This document shows positions 38,635 to 48,000 of a DNA stretch of 64,000 bases, in pieces; positions within the stretch are counted from its first letter, which is position 1, and the number at the start of each line of letters is the position of its first letter. The stretch spans positions 8,560 through 72,559 of the forward strand of contig CAWGBA010000005.1 in the NCBI GenBank assembly GCA_963820735.1, given 5' to 3'. The position numbers and the translations under genes were made by a program. The DNA comes from an uncultured Chloroflexia bacterium. GTDB lineage: Bacteria; Chloroflexota; Limnocylindria; Limnocylindrales; CSP1-4. The notes below the pieces were generated by a model that was not told the DNA's origin, searched no databases, and saw only the letters and a program-made list of their open reading frames with translations.

Positions 38635-39269
38635 GCGGGTTTCGCCTGCCGTTTCGTGACGGCCATCGCGAACCGGTTGCGATCGGCGCGATCTACACCG
38701 TTGGCATGAACTACCGCGATCCGGGCGGGACCGACACCGGTCGGCCGGAGCGGCCACTCATCTACGGCAAGGCCTCGTCGTCGCTCGTCGGCGACGCCGC
38801 CGCGATCACCTGGGATCAAACGCTCACGCAGAACGTGGACGCCGAATGCGAGCTCGGCGTCGTGATCGGGCGGGAGTCGTCCGTCCTCGGCTACACGATC
38901 GTCAACGACGTGACCTCGCAGGACCCATGGCTGGATGGTGACCAGTGGCTGCTGGGCAAGTCGATGCCGGGCTTCTGCCCGGTCGGGCCCTGGATCATTC
39001 CCGCTGACGAACTCGACCCGACCGACCTCGGCGTGTGCCTCACCATCAATGGCGTGACCATCCAGGACGGCCGCACGGCGCAGATGCGCTTTTCGATCCA
39101 GGAGATCGTCGCGTTCCTCGGTGCGCACGTCGCGTTGCGGCCCGGCGATCTGATCGCAACCGGCACGCCGAAGCGCATCGGTCCCGACGCCGGCCGGCAC
39201 CTCCAATCCGGTGACCACCTGGCCTGCGCGATCGAGTCCATCGGCACGCTGACATCGACGGTCGCGTAG
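38631..39269 (+). CDS. fumarylacetoacetate hydrolase (FAH) family protein
   Basis: ATGA overlap upstream. Motifs ECELGVVIG, GKSMPGFCPVGPWI and PGDLIATGTP. Confidence 0.85.
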   Translation: MSGFRLPFRDGHREPVAIGAIYTVGMNYRDPGGTDTGRPERPLIYGKASSSLVGDAAAITWDQTLTQNVDAECELGVVIGRESSVLGYTIVNDVTSQDPWLDGDQWLLGKSMPGFCPVGPWIIPADELDPTDLGVCLTINGVTIQDGRTAQMRFSIQEIVAFLGAHVALRPGDLIATGTPKRIGPDAGRHLQSGDHLACAIESIGTLTSTVA

Positions 39270-39290
39270 CGATCCTATGAGGGAGCATCC

Positions 39291-40115
39291 ATGAAGCCGC
39301 CGACCGTTTTCCTTGGCGAGATGACCTCCCCGGAGGTCGAGGCCTTCCTGCGCGGCAACGACACCGTCATCGTCCCGGTGGGATCGACGGAACAGCACGG
39401 ACCGCACGGACCGCTGCTGACCGATGCGATCGTGCCGACGGAGGTCGCGCGACGCGTGGCGCCGCAGGTCGGCGCGGTCGTGGCGCCGACCGTGAACTAC
39501 GGGCTGTCGTACCCCCACGTGGGGTTCACCGGGCTCGTGCACATTCGGATCCCGACCTTCATGGCGCTGATCGAGGACCTCGCGGCATCGCTCGCGTCGA
39601 TCGGGTTCCGCCGAATCTGCTTCCTGAACGGCCACTACGACAACACCTATGCGATCGCATATGCCTGCGCGAATGCCGCCCCGCGGCTTCCGGCCGGAGT
39701 TCGCGCTTTTCCGGTCAACTATTGGGATGGCATGACGGCCGAGCAGGCACAGATGTACTTCGGGCCGGAGCAGGGCCTGCACGCAAACCGGGCCGAGGTC
39801 TCGGCCGTGATCGCGGTCAACCCGGCACTCGTCGACATGGAGGCGGCAAACGCCGAGATGCCGCCATTTCCGGAGGTTCGCAACGGTCCGGCCGTCCACA
39901 CGGCGTTCTTTTTCTCGTCCCCGGGATCGGTTTATCGAGCCACGAAGAGCGGGACATGGGGCGACGCACGCGAGGCAAGCGCCGAGTTCGGCGAGGCCTA
40001 CCTTGACGCAGTCGTGAGCGGAACCGTGACCATGCTTCGCGACATCGAGAGCACGCTTGCCGCGATGCCCGACCGGGCATCGAGCTCCGATCGAGCCTCA
40101 GAGGAGATCCGATGA
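39291..40115 (+). CDS. creatininase-family amidohydrolase
   Basis: GAGGGAG upstream. Motifs VPVGSTEQHGPHGPLLTD and FLNGHYDN. Confidence 0.8.
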   Translation: MKPPTVFLGEMTSPEVEAFLRGNDTVIVPVGSTEQHGPHGPLLTDAIVPTEVARRVAPQVGAVVAPTVNYGLSYPHVGFTGLVHIRIPTFMALIEDLAASLASIGFRRICFLNGHYDNTYAIAYACANAAPRLPAGVRAFPVNYWDGMTAEQAQMYFGPEQGLHANRAEVSAVIAVNPALVDMEAANAEMPPFPEVRNGPAVHTAFFFSSPGSVYRATKSGTWGDAREASAEFGEAYLDAVVSGTVTMLRDIESTLAAMPDRASSSDRASEEIR

Positions 40116-40399
40116 TCGAGCGCCACATCCCGTTCACCGTCGAGCACGACCACCAGGCCGAGTTCGACACGTTCTTCAGCGAGGAGTACCGTCCCGCGGC
40201 CGAACGGTCGGACGGACTGCTCGCACTTGCGCTGCTGCGCGCGCAGGACGACCCGACCAGCTACTGGATGACCTTCCGCTGGACCGATGGCGATGCGGCA
40301 GCGGGATGGCGCGTGTCGCTCGCGCACGAGGCGCTGCAGCCGTCACTCCATCGATTGGCGTCGATGGGCGACATCCGTGTCTTCGACGTGGTCGGCTAG
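40112..40399 (+). CDS. small ABM/dimeric alpha-beta-barrel-like protein
   Basis: ATGA overlap upstream. 95 aa with a composition and length typical of ABM proteins (SYWMTFRWTDGDAAAGW). The call is weak. Confidence 0.45.
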   Translation: MIERHIPFTVEHDHQAEFDTFFSEEYRPAAERSDGLLALALLRAQDDPTSYWMTFRWTDGDAAAGWRVSLAHEALQPSLHRLASMGDIRVFDVVG

Positions 40400-40411
40400 G
40401 CCGGTCGGTCG

Positions 40412-41281
40412 GTGACCGTTCAGGAGTACCTGGCGCCCGGATCGGTCGCCGAGGTCATCGAGCTGCTGTCGACCGGCGGGTCGGATGTCGCGCTGATGGC
40501 CGGCGGGACCGTCATGATGCCGCTCATCACCGACGGGCTTCGGTCACCGGAGCGCGTCGTCAGTCTCCGAAACGCCGGGCTCTCCGGCATCACGGTGACC
40601 GATGGCGAGATCGGGATCGGCGCGATGACGACCGTCGCCGAGTTGCTTGCGTCGACCAGCGTCGACGGCGGGCCCCAGCTGGCCATGCTCCGGGAAGCCG
40701 CGCGGCACACGGGAGCGTGGGCGGTCCGCAACCTCGCGACTGTCGGCGGGAACCTCTTCACCGTCCCCAAGGGCGGCGACCTGGCGGTCGCGCTGCTGGC
40801 ACTCGACGCGGTCGTCCGGGTGGCAGGCCCGAGCGGCGAGCGCGAAGTGCCGCTGGCTTCCTTCTGGACCCATCCCGGGACGACGGTGCTTCAGGGCACT
40901 GAGCTGGTGGTCGGCTTCACGGTGCGGCGCAAGCCGATCGAATGGGCATACATCAAGCTCGGCCGCCGAGAGCTCAACACGCCTGCGGTCGCGACCGTGG
41001 CGGTCACGCTGCGGCGGCGCGGGACGGTCGTTGACCAGTCGTGGATCGCGGTTGGCGGCGGCCCGTTCCCGGAGAGGGCGACTGGGGCGGAGTCGGCGCT
41101 GTCCGCTGCGGCGCTTACCCCTGACGTGGTCGCGCGAGTTGCCGAGATTGCGGCCGCGGACGCCCGACCGACGGACGACGCGATCGGCTCGGCCTGGTAT
41201 CGGCGGCGGATGATCGGTTTGCTCGTCCGTCGGGCGCTCGAACAGATCTCGGTGGTGGATGCGCGGGGAGCGGCCGCTTGA
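40412..41281 (+). CDS. FAD-binding medium subunit of a second xanthine-dehydrogenase-family enzyme
   Basis: Uninterrupted 289 aa containing LMAGGTVMMPLI, VRNLATVGGNL and a CoxM-like C-terminal domain. Confidence 0.8.
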   Translation: MTVQEYLAPGSVAEVIELLSTGGSDVALMAGGTVMMPLITDGLRSPERVVSLRNAGLSGITVTDGEIGIGAMTTVAELLASTSVDGGPQLAMLREAARHTGAWAVRNLATVGGNLFTVPKGGDLAVALLALDAVVRVAGPSGEREVPLASFWTHPGTTVLQGTELVVGFTVRRKPIEWAYIKLGRRELNTPAVATVAVTLRRRGTVVDQSWIAVGGGPFPERATGAESALSAAALTPDVVARVAEIAAADARPTDDAIGSAWYRRRMIGLLVRRALEQISVVDARGAAA

Positions 41282-41814
41282 GCGCGCGGATCGTCTCGTT
41301 CCGGTTGGGTGACCGCGACGTTGATGTCATGGTCCAGCCGCTCGCGACGCTCCAGCAGGTTCTGCGCGATCAGCTCGGCCAGACCGGCGTGAAGGAGGGC
41401 TGTCGGCAGGGTGGGTGCGGGAGCTGCACGGTGCTGGTCGACGGCGAGCCGTTCCTCTCCTGCCTGGTTCCGGTCGAGGATGTGGCAGGCCGCCGTCTGA
41501 CGACGATCGAGACGCTTTCCAGGACCGAAGGCCTCACGCCGATCCAGCAGGCATTCCTCGAGACCGGCGGCTTCCAGTGCGGCTACTGCACGCCCGGGAT
41601 GATCGTGATCGCCACGGCTCTGCTCGAGCGCGAACCGAGCCCGCGGCGGGAAACGATCATCGAAGCGCTTGCCGGCAACGTCTGCCGCTGCACCGGCTAC
41701 GAGCCGATCGTGGCAGCGATCCAGCGTGTCGCGGGAGCCGCGGGCACTGTGGCCGAGGCCGGCTCCGGCCGTGCGGCCGAGGCTGCCAACCACGCCGCCG
41801 AGGCGGTGCCATGA
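41278..41814 (+). CDS. (2Fe-2S)-binding small subunit
   Basis: TTG start overlaps the upstream stop. Cysteine motifs CRQGGCGSCTV and CGYCTPG...CRCTGY. Confidence 0.85.
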   Translation: MSARIVSFRLGDRDVDVMVQPLATLQQVLRDQLGQTGVKEGCRQGGCGSCTVLVDGEPFLSCLVPVEDVAGRRLTTIETLSRTEGLTPIQQAFLETGGFQCGYCTPGMIVIATALLEREPSPRRETIIEALAGNVCRCTGYEPIVAAIQRVAGAAGTVAEAGSGRAAEAANHAAEAVP

Positions 41815-43196
41815 GCCCGCTGCACGTCGTCGGCAAGTCCGTACCGCGAAGCGACGCCGAGGGCCATCTCACCGGCCGAACGCGCTTCACCACCGATCGC
41901 ACGTTCCCCGGAATGCTCACGCTCAAGATGGTCCGCAGCCCGTCGCACCACGCCCGCCTTCGAGGCCTCGATCTCTCGGCGGCCGAGCGCGTGCCGGGCT
42001 TCGTCCGCGCACTGACCGCAGGCGACGTGCCGCACAACGTCTACACGATCCTCGGCCTTATCGGCGTCGAGCCCGAAGAGGAGTTCGTGCTGACGCCGGT
42101 CGGAGAACGCGTCCGCTATCGCGGCGAGCCGATCGCGGCGATCCTCGCGGAGAACGAGCCGGCGGCCAACGCCGCGGCCGCCGCCGTGAAGCTCGACCTC
42201 GAGGAATTGCCCGCGGTCTTTGACGTGGAGGAGGCCGTCAGTCCAGGTTCGCCGGTCGTGACCCACTGGGGCAACAACACGTTCATGTACGAAGGGCATC
42301 CGTGCCGACGCGTCCGCTTCGGTGACGTCGACGCGGCGTTCGCGACCGCAGACCACATCGTCGAGCGGGTCTACAACACCAAGCCGATCGAGCATGCACC
42401 CACGGAGACGACGGCGGCGATCGCCGTGCCCGAGCCCAACGGTCGCTTCACGGTGTACACCAACACGCAGGCGCTCTACTTCAGCCTGGACAACACGCAG
42501 ATCATCCTGCAGGTCCCGGGGAAACGGCTGCATTTCGTCGGCGGCACGGTGGGTGGTGGCTTCGGTGGCAAGGTCGACGTGATCGTCGAGCCGCTGGCAA
42601 CCCTCGGCGCCATGCTCACAGGCCGGCCGGTCCGCTACCAGTACACGCGAGCCGAGGAGATGCAGGTCTCGTCCACGCGCAGTGCGTGGCGCATCCGCAT
42701 CAAGGACGGCGTGATGGACGACGGCCGGGTCGTCGCGCGAAAGGTCACCAGCTACGCCGATTCGGGCGCGTACAGCCGTCAGACGCCGTACGCGTTGACG
42801 AAGCACGCGGCCAATGCGGCCGGTCCCTATGCCATTCCGAATGTCTGGATCGACGCGTACTGCGTCTATACGAACCACGTCCCGGCGAGCGCCATGCGCG
42901 GCTTCGGCATCACGATGGCGTCGTTCGCGATCGAGAGCCAGATGGACATGATCGCGGAGCTCGTCGGGCACGACCCGTGGACCGTCCGCTTCCGGAACGC
43001 GTACCGGAATGGCGACATCAAGCCGCATCGCAAGGTGGTCGAGGACGCCACCCTGATTGAGACGATGCAGGCGGCTGCCGAGCTGGTCGGCCACGAGCTG
43101 CCGGCCGACCTGCGCGCGTTGACATCGTCGCCGCGAGACGCCGAAGCGGCCGCTCGAGCCGCGGGCGGGCCGGCACACGGGGCGGAGGTCCGCTGA
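41811..43196 (+). CDS. molybdopterin-binding subunit, N-terminal portion (about 461 aa)
   Basis: ATGA overlap upstream. Motifs VGKSVPRSDAEGHLTGRTRFTTD, GGTVGGGFGGK and AMRGFGITM. It ends in a low-complexity Ala/Gly tail at TGA 43194-43196. Confidence 0.8.
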   Translation: MSPLHVVGKSVPRSDAEGHLTGRTRFTTDRTFPGMLTLKMVRSPSHHARLRGLDLSAAERVPGFVRALTAGDVPHNVYTILGLIGVEPEEEFVLTPVGERVRYRGEPIAAILAENEPAANAAAAAVKLDLEELPAVFDVEEAVSPGSPVVTHWGNNTFMYEGHPCRRVRFGDVDAAFATADHIVERVYNTKPIEHAPTETTAAIAVPEPNGRFTVYTNTQALYFSLDNTQIILQVPGKRLHFVGGTVGGGFGGKVDVIVEPLATLGAMLTGRPVRYQYTRAEEMQVSSTRSAWRIRIKDGVMDDGRVVARKVTSYADSGAYSRQTPYALTKHAANAAGPYAIPNVWIDAYCVYTNHVPASAMRGFGITMASFAIESQMDMIAELVGHDPWTVRFRNAYRNGDIKPHRKVVEDATLIETMQAAAELVGHELPADLRALTSSPRDAEAAARAAGGPAHGAEVR

Positions 43197-43198
43197 CC

Positions 43199-44249
43199 GT
43201 GGCGAAGTTGCGCGGGACCGGCATGGCCGCAGTCAACTACCCCACGGGTATGAACCTCGGAGGCGACCCTTCGCAGGCGCTCGTCCACGCGACGACCTAC
43301 GGCGGATTCGTCGTCACGCTCTCTGCCACGGACCTCGGACAGGGTCTGCGCACGGTGATCGGGCAGATCTGCGCCGAGACCCTGGGGGTCGGCATGGACG
43401 GCGTCTACATCGAGACCGCCGACACCGACACCGGGCCGCACGACATGGGCACGTTCGCCAGCCGCGCCACGCACCGGGTTGGCAACGCCGTGATGGCCGC
43501 CGCCAAGGAGGCGCGCGAGTCGATCCTGGATGTCGCGGAAGACGAGCTGGAGGTGAGTCGCGACGACCTGGAGTTCGACGGGGAGGGGAGCGTTGTCGTC
43601 CGCGGCAGCCCCGACCGATCGATGCGCATCGCCGACATCGCGTCCGCGGCGCAGTTCAAGTACGGCCGCACGATCTCGGGTCGCGGCTCGTTCATGAAGC
43701 CCAAGAGCGATGTCGACCCGGAGACCGGCGCCATGGACCCCGATTTCGACCGAGGCGCACGCCTGCACCGTGGCCGAGGTGGAAGTCGACACGGAGACCG
43801 GGCGCGTGAGCGTTCTGAGCCTGCGGAGCGCATATGAGGTCGGCCGGCAGGTCAACCCGGCGCTGGTCCGCGGGCAGATCGTCGGCGGTGCGTGGATGGG
43901 GATGTCGCACGCGCTCTACGAGACGACGATGCCGTACTACCCGTCGCCCGAGCACTCGCCGCGTGACTTCAGCGAGTACCTCATGCCGGGTGCGTTCGAG
44001 ATGCCCTACGTCGACGCCGTCGTCCTGGAGATACCGTCGACGAACGGCCCCTACGGCGTGAAGGGCGTCGGCGAGATGACCGCCAACTCGCCCATCCCGG
44101 CCATCGTCAACGCGATCCACGACGCGACCGGCATCCGCTTCACCGAGCTGCCCGTGACGCCGGAGATGATCCTTCGCGCCCTGGACGAGAAGGCCGCTCG
44201 CGACGACCAAGCCCAAGCCACACCACCGAGACCGGAGGACGCCCGCTGA
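43199..44249 (+). CDS. molybdopterin-binding subunit, C-terminal portion (about 350 aa), one frameshift near 43745
   Basis: GTG lies 2 nt after the upstream stop. ORF 43199-43837 (GTGMAAVNYP...ATDLGQGLRTVIGQI) joins ORF 43710-44249 (ACTVAEVEVDTETG...PYGVKGVGEMT). Whether the split from 41811-43196 is real or an indel artefact cannot be decided here. Confidence 0.7.
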
Positions 44250-44642
44250 TGGCACTGCGCCAGATCGCCACCTGGGACGAGCTGCCCACGGTCGAGTACA
44301 TCCCGGGCGTCTACCGCCAGGTCATCTCGGGCGAGAAGACGATGCTGACCCGCATCGTCTATCGCGGCGGCGTCGTGATTCCCGACCACTCGCACGAGGC
44401 CGAGCAGCTGATGCTGGTCGAAAGCGGCCGCCTCTGGGCCAAGGTCGGCGACGAGGAATCGGAGGTCGGCCCCGGCTCGATCCTGGTGATCCCTTCGAAT
44501 TGGATCCACGCCTTTCGCCAGCTCGGCGAGGAGGACGTCGTCTTCTACGAGGCCTTCGCACCCGATCCGCCTCGAGTACCTGATCGGCTGGCGTGGCCCG
44601 GACCCGTCGCTCGGGATGATCAAGAAGGGACTCGAAACGTAG
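44249..44642 (+). CDS. cupin-domain protein, one frameshift at the CCC run 44561-44563
   Basis: ATGA overlap upstream. The cupin core reads PDHSHEAEQLMLVESGRLWAKVGDEESEVGPGSILVIPSNWIHAF. Removing one C at 44561-44563 gives APIRLEYLIGWRGPDPSLGMIKKGLET and a stop at 44640-44642. Confidence 0.7.
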
Positions 44643-44894
44643 CTCAACGCGCGCGGCGCACCTGCTTCACGCCGTCCTGGCCACCTCCTTCCCGCCGAGT
44701 AATTCCGCTGAGTGATCATCTGCCGGTCCGCGGCATGTCGGTGGGTCGTCGAGGCCCTCAGTCCGGTGGATCTATTCCCTCGGGTAATCACGTGCACGCG
44801 CAGGAATGTCTCCGACGGGGATTCGGACCGGAAAACCGGCGGATCGATTACTCGGCGGCATACTCGGCCGGTGGCGTGAGAGTCGTGACCCAAA

Positions 44895-44923
44895 GTCGAC
44901 GCGCCGCGCTCTCGACCTACAAT
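44895..44923 (+). promoter_or_regulatory. candidate sigma-70-type promoter giving a near-leaderless transcript
   Basis: GTCGAC (44895-44900), a 17-nt spacer, then TACAAT (44918-44923). The cysteine desulfurase ATG is at 44933, only 9 nt after the -10 hexamer, with no SD. Assigned from sequence pattern only. Confidence 0.3.
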
Positions 44924-44932
44924 CGCGACCGA

Positions 44933-46161
44933 ATGACTGCCACGCCCATCTACCTCGACCATGCCGCGACGTCGCCGCTCCGCCGCGAGGCACTCGACGC
45001 GATGCTGCCGATCCTCACCGAGACTGGGGCAATCCGTCGTCGCCGCACGCGGTTGGACGCCAGGCGCGTGCCGCGCTCGACGAGGCGCGCGAGCGATCGC
45101 GCGTCGTCTCAACGCCGATCCGCGGGAGCTCGTCTTCACCAGCGGCGGCACCGAGGCGATCAACCTCGCGGTCAAGGGCGCGGCGTGGGCCGGCAAGGCC
45201 ACCGGCAACCGCATCATCACGACCGCAGTCGAGCATCACAGCGTGCTCAACAGCTGCTGCCCACCTGGAGAAGTTCGGCTTCGAGGTCGTGATCCTGCCG
45301 GTCGATCGCTACGGCCGCGTCGAGCCGGACCAGCTGACCGCGGCACTCAATGAGAAGACCATCCTGGTGTCGCTGCAGCTGGCGAACAACGAGGTCGGAA
45401 CGCTCCAGCCGATCGCCGACCTGATCCGCCGCGCGCGAGCCCAGCGCGGCGCGCTGATCCACGTCGACGCGGTCCAGGCAGCGTCGTCTCTCGACATCGA
45501 CGTGCGCCACGCTCGACGCCGATCTCCTCACGCATGGCCGCGCACAAGTTCGAGGGCCCCAGTGGCGCCGGCCTGCTCTGGTTGCGCCGCGGCACGGCGA
45601 TCTTGCCCCAGGTCCACGGTGGCACCCAGGAGCGCTATCGGCGAGCCGGCACGGAGGACGTGGCCGCCGCGGTCGGAATGGCGACCGCCTACGAGCTGGC
45701 GTGCGCAGGAGCGTGCCGAGACCGGGGCACGCCTGCGGCGCCAGCGCGATCGTTGCGCGATGCGCTCACGCAGCTTCCCGACGTCGAGGTGACCGGCCAT
45801 CCCCGGTCGCGCCTTCCCGGCCTGCTCTCGCTGGTGATCCGCGGGGTCGAGGGCGACGCGCTGGTGCAGGCGCTCGATTTGGAGGGAATCTGCTGCTCGA
45901 CCGGGTCGGCCTGCACGACGGGTCGATGGAGCCGAGCCACGTCCTCACGGCGATGGGCTTCCCCGACGAGGAGGCGAGGGGAGCACTGCGGCTTTCGCTC
46001 GGGCGGACGACGACCGACGCCGAGTCGAACAGGCAGCAGAGGTCATTCCGAGCACGATCGAGCGACTGCGCGACGCTGCCGCGACGCTTGCGACGGAGCC
46101 ACTCTCGGCTCCAACTCGCTGGACGTCCGCCCAGAACGCGACCGAGGAGGTGCCGGCCTGA
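44933..46161 (+). CDS. cysteine desulfurase (NifS/IscS class), at least five frameshifts
   Basis: MTATPIYLDHAATSPL..., WGNPSSPHAVGRQA, ELVFTSGGTEAINLAVKG, LIHVDAVQA, AHKFEGPSGAGLLW (PLP-lysine context), ICCSTGSACTTG and HVLTAMGFPDEEARGALRLSLGR are spread over the frames of ORFs 44249-, 44806-, 44961-, 45534- and 45701-. The reconstructed stop is at 46159-46161. Confidence 0.8.
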
Positions 46162-46182
46162 GCGAGACGCGTCCTCGCGGCC

Positions 46183-47263
46183 ATGTCGGGCGGCGTCGAT
46201 TCGTCGGTTGCGGCCGCGCTCCTGAGCTCCGCGGGGGAGGACACGATCGGCGTCTGGATGCGTCTCCACGACGTTGCCGACTCGTACAGCGAGTTCAAGA
46301 AGAGTTGCTGCTCGCTCGATGCCGCGGATGACGCGCGACGCGTCTGCGCCCAGCTCGGCATTCCGTTCTACGTGCTCAACCTCGAGCGGGAGTTCGACGC
46401 CGGCGTCATGCAGCCGTTCCTGGGCGCCTACCTCGACGGCCACACGCCGAGTCCCTGCGTGGACTGCAACACGACCGTGAAGTTCGGCGCGCTGCTCGGT
46501 CGCGCACGCCACCTCTACGGCGCCGACTCGGTCGCAACCGGCCACTACGCACGCGTCGACGTGATCGAGGAGCCGCACTGGCCCGCGCTGGCGGCTGCTC
46601 AAGGGACGCGACCCGGACAAGGACCAGAGCTACTTCCTCTACGGCATGCGCCAGGACCAGCTTGCCCACACGCGTTTCCCGCTGGGCGACCTGACCAAGC
46701 CCGAGGTGCGCGACGTGGCACGCGGCCTGGGACTGGCCACGGCCGAGAAGCCGGAGAGCCAGGAGATCTGCTTCGTCCCCAGCGGCGACTACCGGGATGC
46801 GCTGAAAGTCCGCGCCGGCTGGCAGGAGACGCCGGGCGAGCTGCGCGACGCGGACGGGCAGATCGTCGGCGAACACCGCGGTGCCGCCGCGTACACCATT
46901 GGGCAGCGAACGGGCCTCGGTGTTGCACTGGGAGAGCGCCAGTACGTCGCCACGATCGACGCGCCACAGAACCTCGTCACCCTCGGGCGCCGCCAGGACC
47001 TGGAGCGCCGCGAGTTCACGATCGAGCGCGGCTCCTTTGTTGCCGGTCCGCCGCCGGCCGACGAGTTCGACGCGCAGGTGCGCATCCGCCACCGTGGCGA
47101 GCCGGTTCACGGAGTGGTCAGGCGCGCAACGCCGAACGAGCCGGACCGCGCCGGCCGCTGGACGGTTTCGCTCGAGCGGCCCGCATGGGCGCCGGCGCCG
47201 GGACAGGCCTGCGTCTTCTACCGCGACGACGAGGTCATCGGCGGCGGCCGGATCGCAGCCTGA
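46183..47263 (+). CDS. mnmA: tRNA 2-thiouridine(34) synthase MnmA, frameshifted near 46570-46650; 5' end uncertain
   Basis: [14 protein letters not shown] (PP-loop) and PSPCVDCN in ORF 46183-47292. DQSYFLY-type and [14 protein letters not shown] segments, with the C-terminus, lie in ORF 46646-47263. Confidence 0.85.
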
Positions 47264-47284
47264 CGAAACGCCCGGCGCTGCCTC

Positions 47285-47569
47285 GTGCCTGAGCTCTCGA
47301 TCGGACCGGCGCCGATCCTGGCGCTCCTCGTGGGCGCCTTCCATTCGTTCATCTACGTGCTCATCCGCGGATACGCAGGATCGCGCTTCCCGTTCGTGAT
47401 CGTTGCTGCGGTCGTCGGTGCCTACGCCGGAAACGCCATCGGCCAGCGCGTCGGCGACCCGCTGAGGATGGGCGACTTCGCGATCATCTGGGCATCGGTC
47501 GTCGCGTGGGTCGGAATCGGCCTCGTGGTCGTCGCCACGACGATCGGTGCGAATCGAGAGGCGGACTGA
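47285..47569 (+). CDS. small integral membrane protein (94 aa, about three TM segments)
   Basis: Uninterrupted ORF from a GTG start. The hydrophobic segments are [34 protein letters not shown] and [21 protein letters not shown]. Confidence 0.55.
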   Translation: MPELSIGPAPILALLVGAFHSFIYVLIRGYAGSRFPFVIVAAVVGAYAGNAIGQRVGDPLRMGDFAIIWASVVAWVGIGLVVVATTIGANREAD

Positions 47570-47922
47570 TCGTTCTTCCGGTTCTTCGGCCGGCGTGCCG
47601 TTGGACCTGTGGTGAACGCCGATTGGTCAGCTGACCTGTCGTTGGCCGTCCGCGTCGGATCCCCTCGGATTCCCTTCGTGAGGGCGTTAACGCGAAATCT
47701 GTCGGCCGTTTGGGCAGGTTGAGCTCCCCGACGATGCCTGGCTGAGCGTGGATTCGCAGCATCGGACGGCCGTTGAGGCGCCCGCCGAGTCTCACCTGCG
47801 AGCTAACGCCCGTGGTGTAAGAAATCGAGGGGAACTTCGCGGCTTCGGCACCCTCCGCCATGACGGCACCCTCCACGAGCACTCGTTGGCGCCACGCGCC
47901 AGTTTCTCGGTGGCGCTATTAT

Positions 47923-47941
47923 CAGACCGACGGTCGGTTTG
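47923..47941. promoter_or_regulatory. imperfect inverted repeat CAGACCGAC-G-GTCGGTTTG, candidate TetR operator
   Basis: 8 of 9 arm positions are complementary. It lies 60 nt upstream of the TetR ATG (48001) and is preceded by a hairpin (GGCGCCAC...GTGGCGC, 47888-47916). Confidence 0.35.
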
Positions 47942-48000
47942 CGAAATCGCCCGAGACGCGGCTTCCGACGCGGCCCCACCGTCATGGAGCCCAGCGACGA

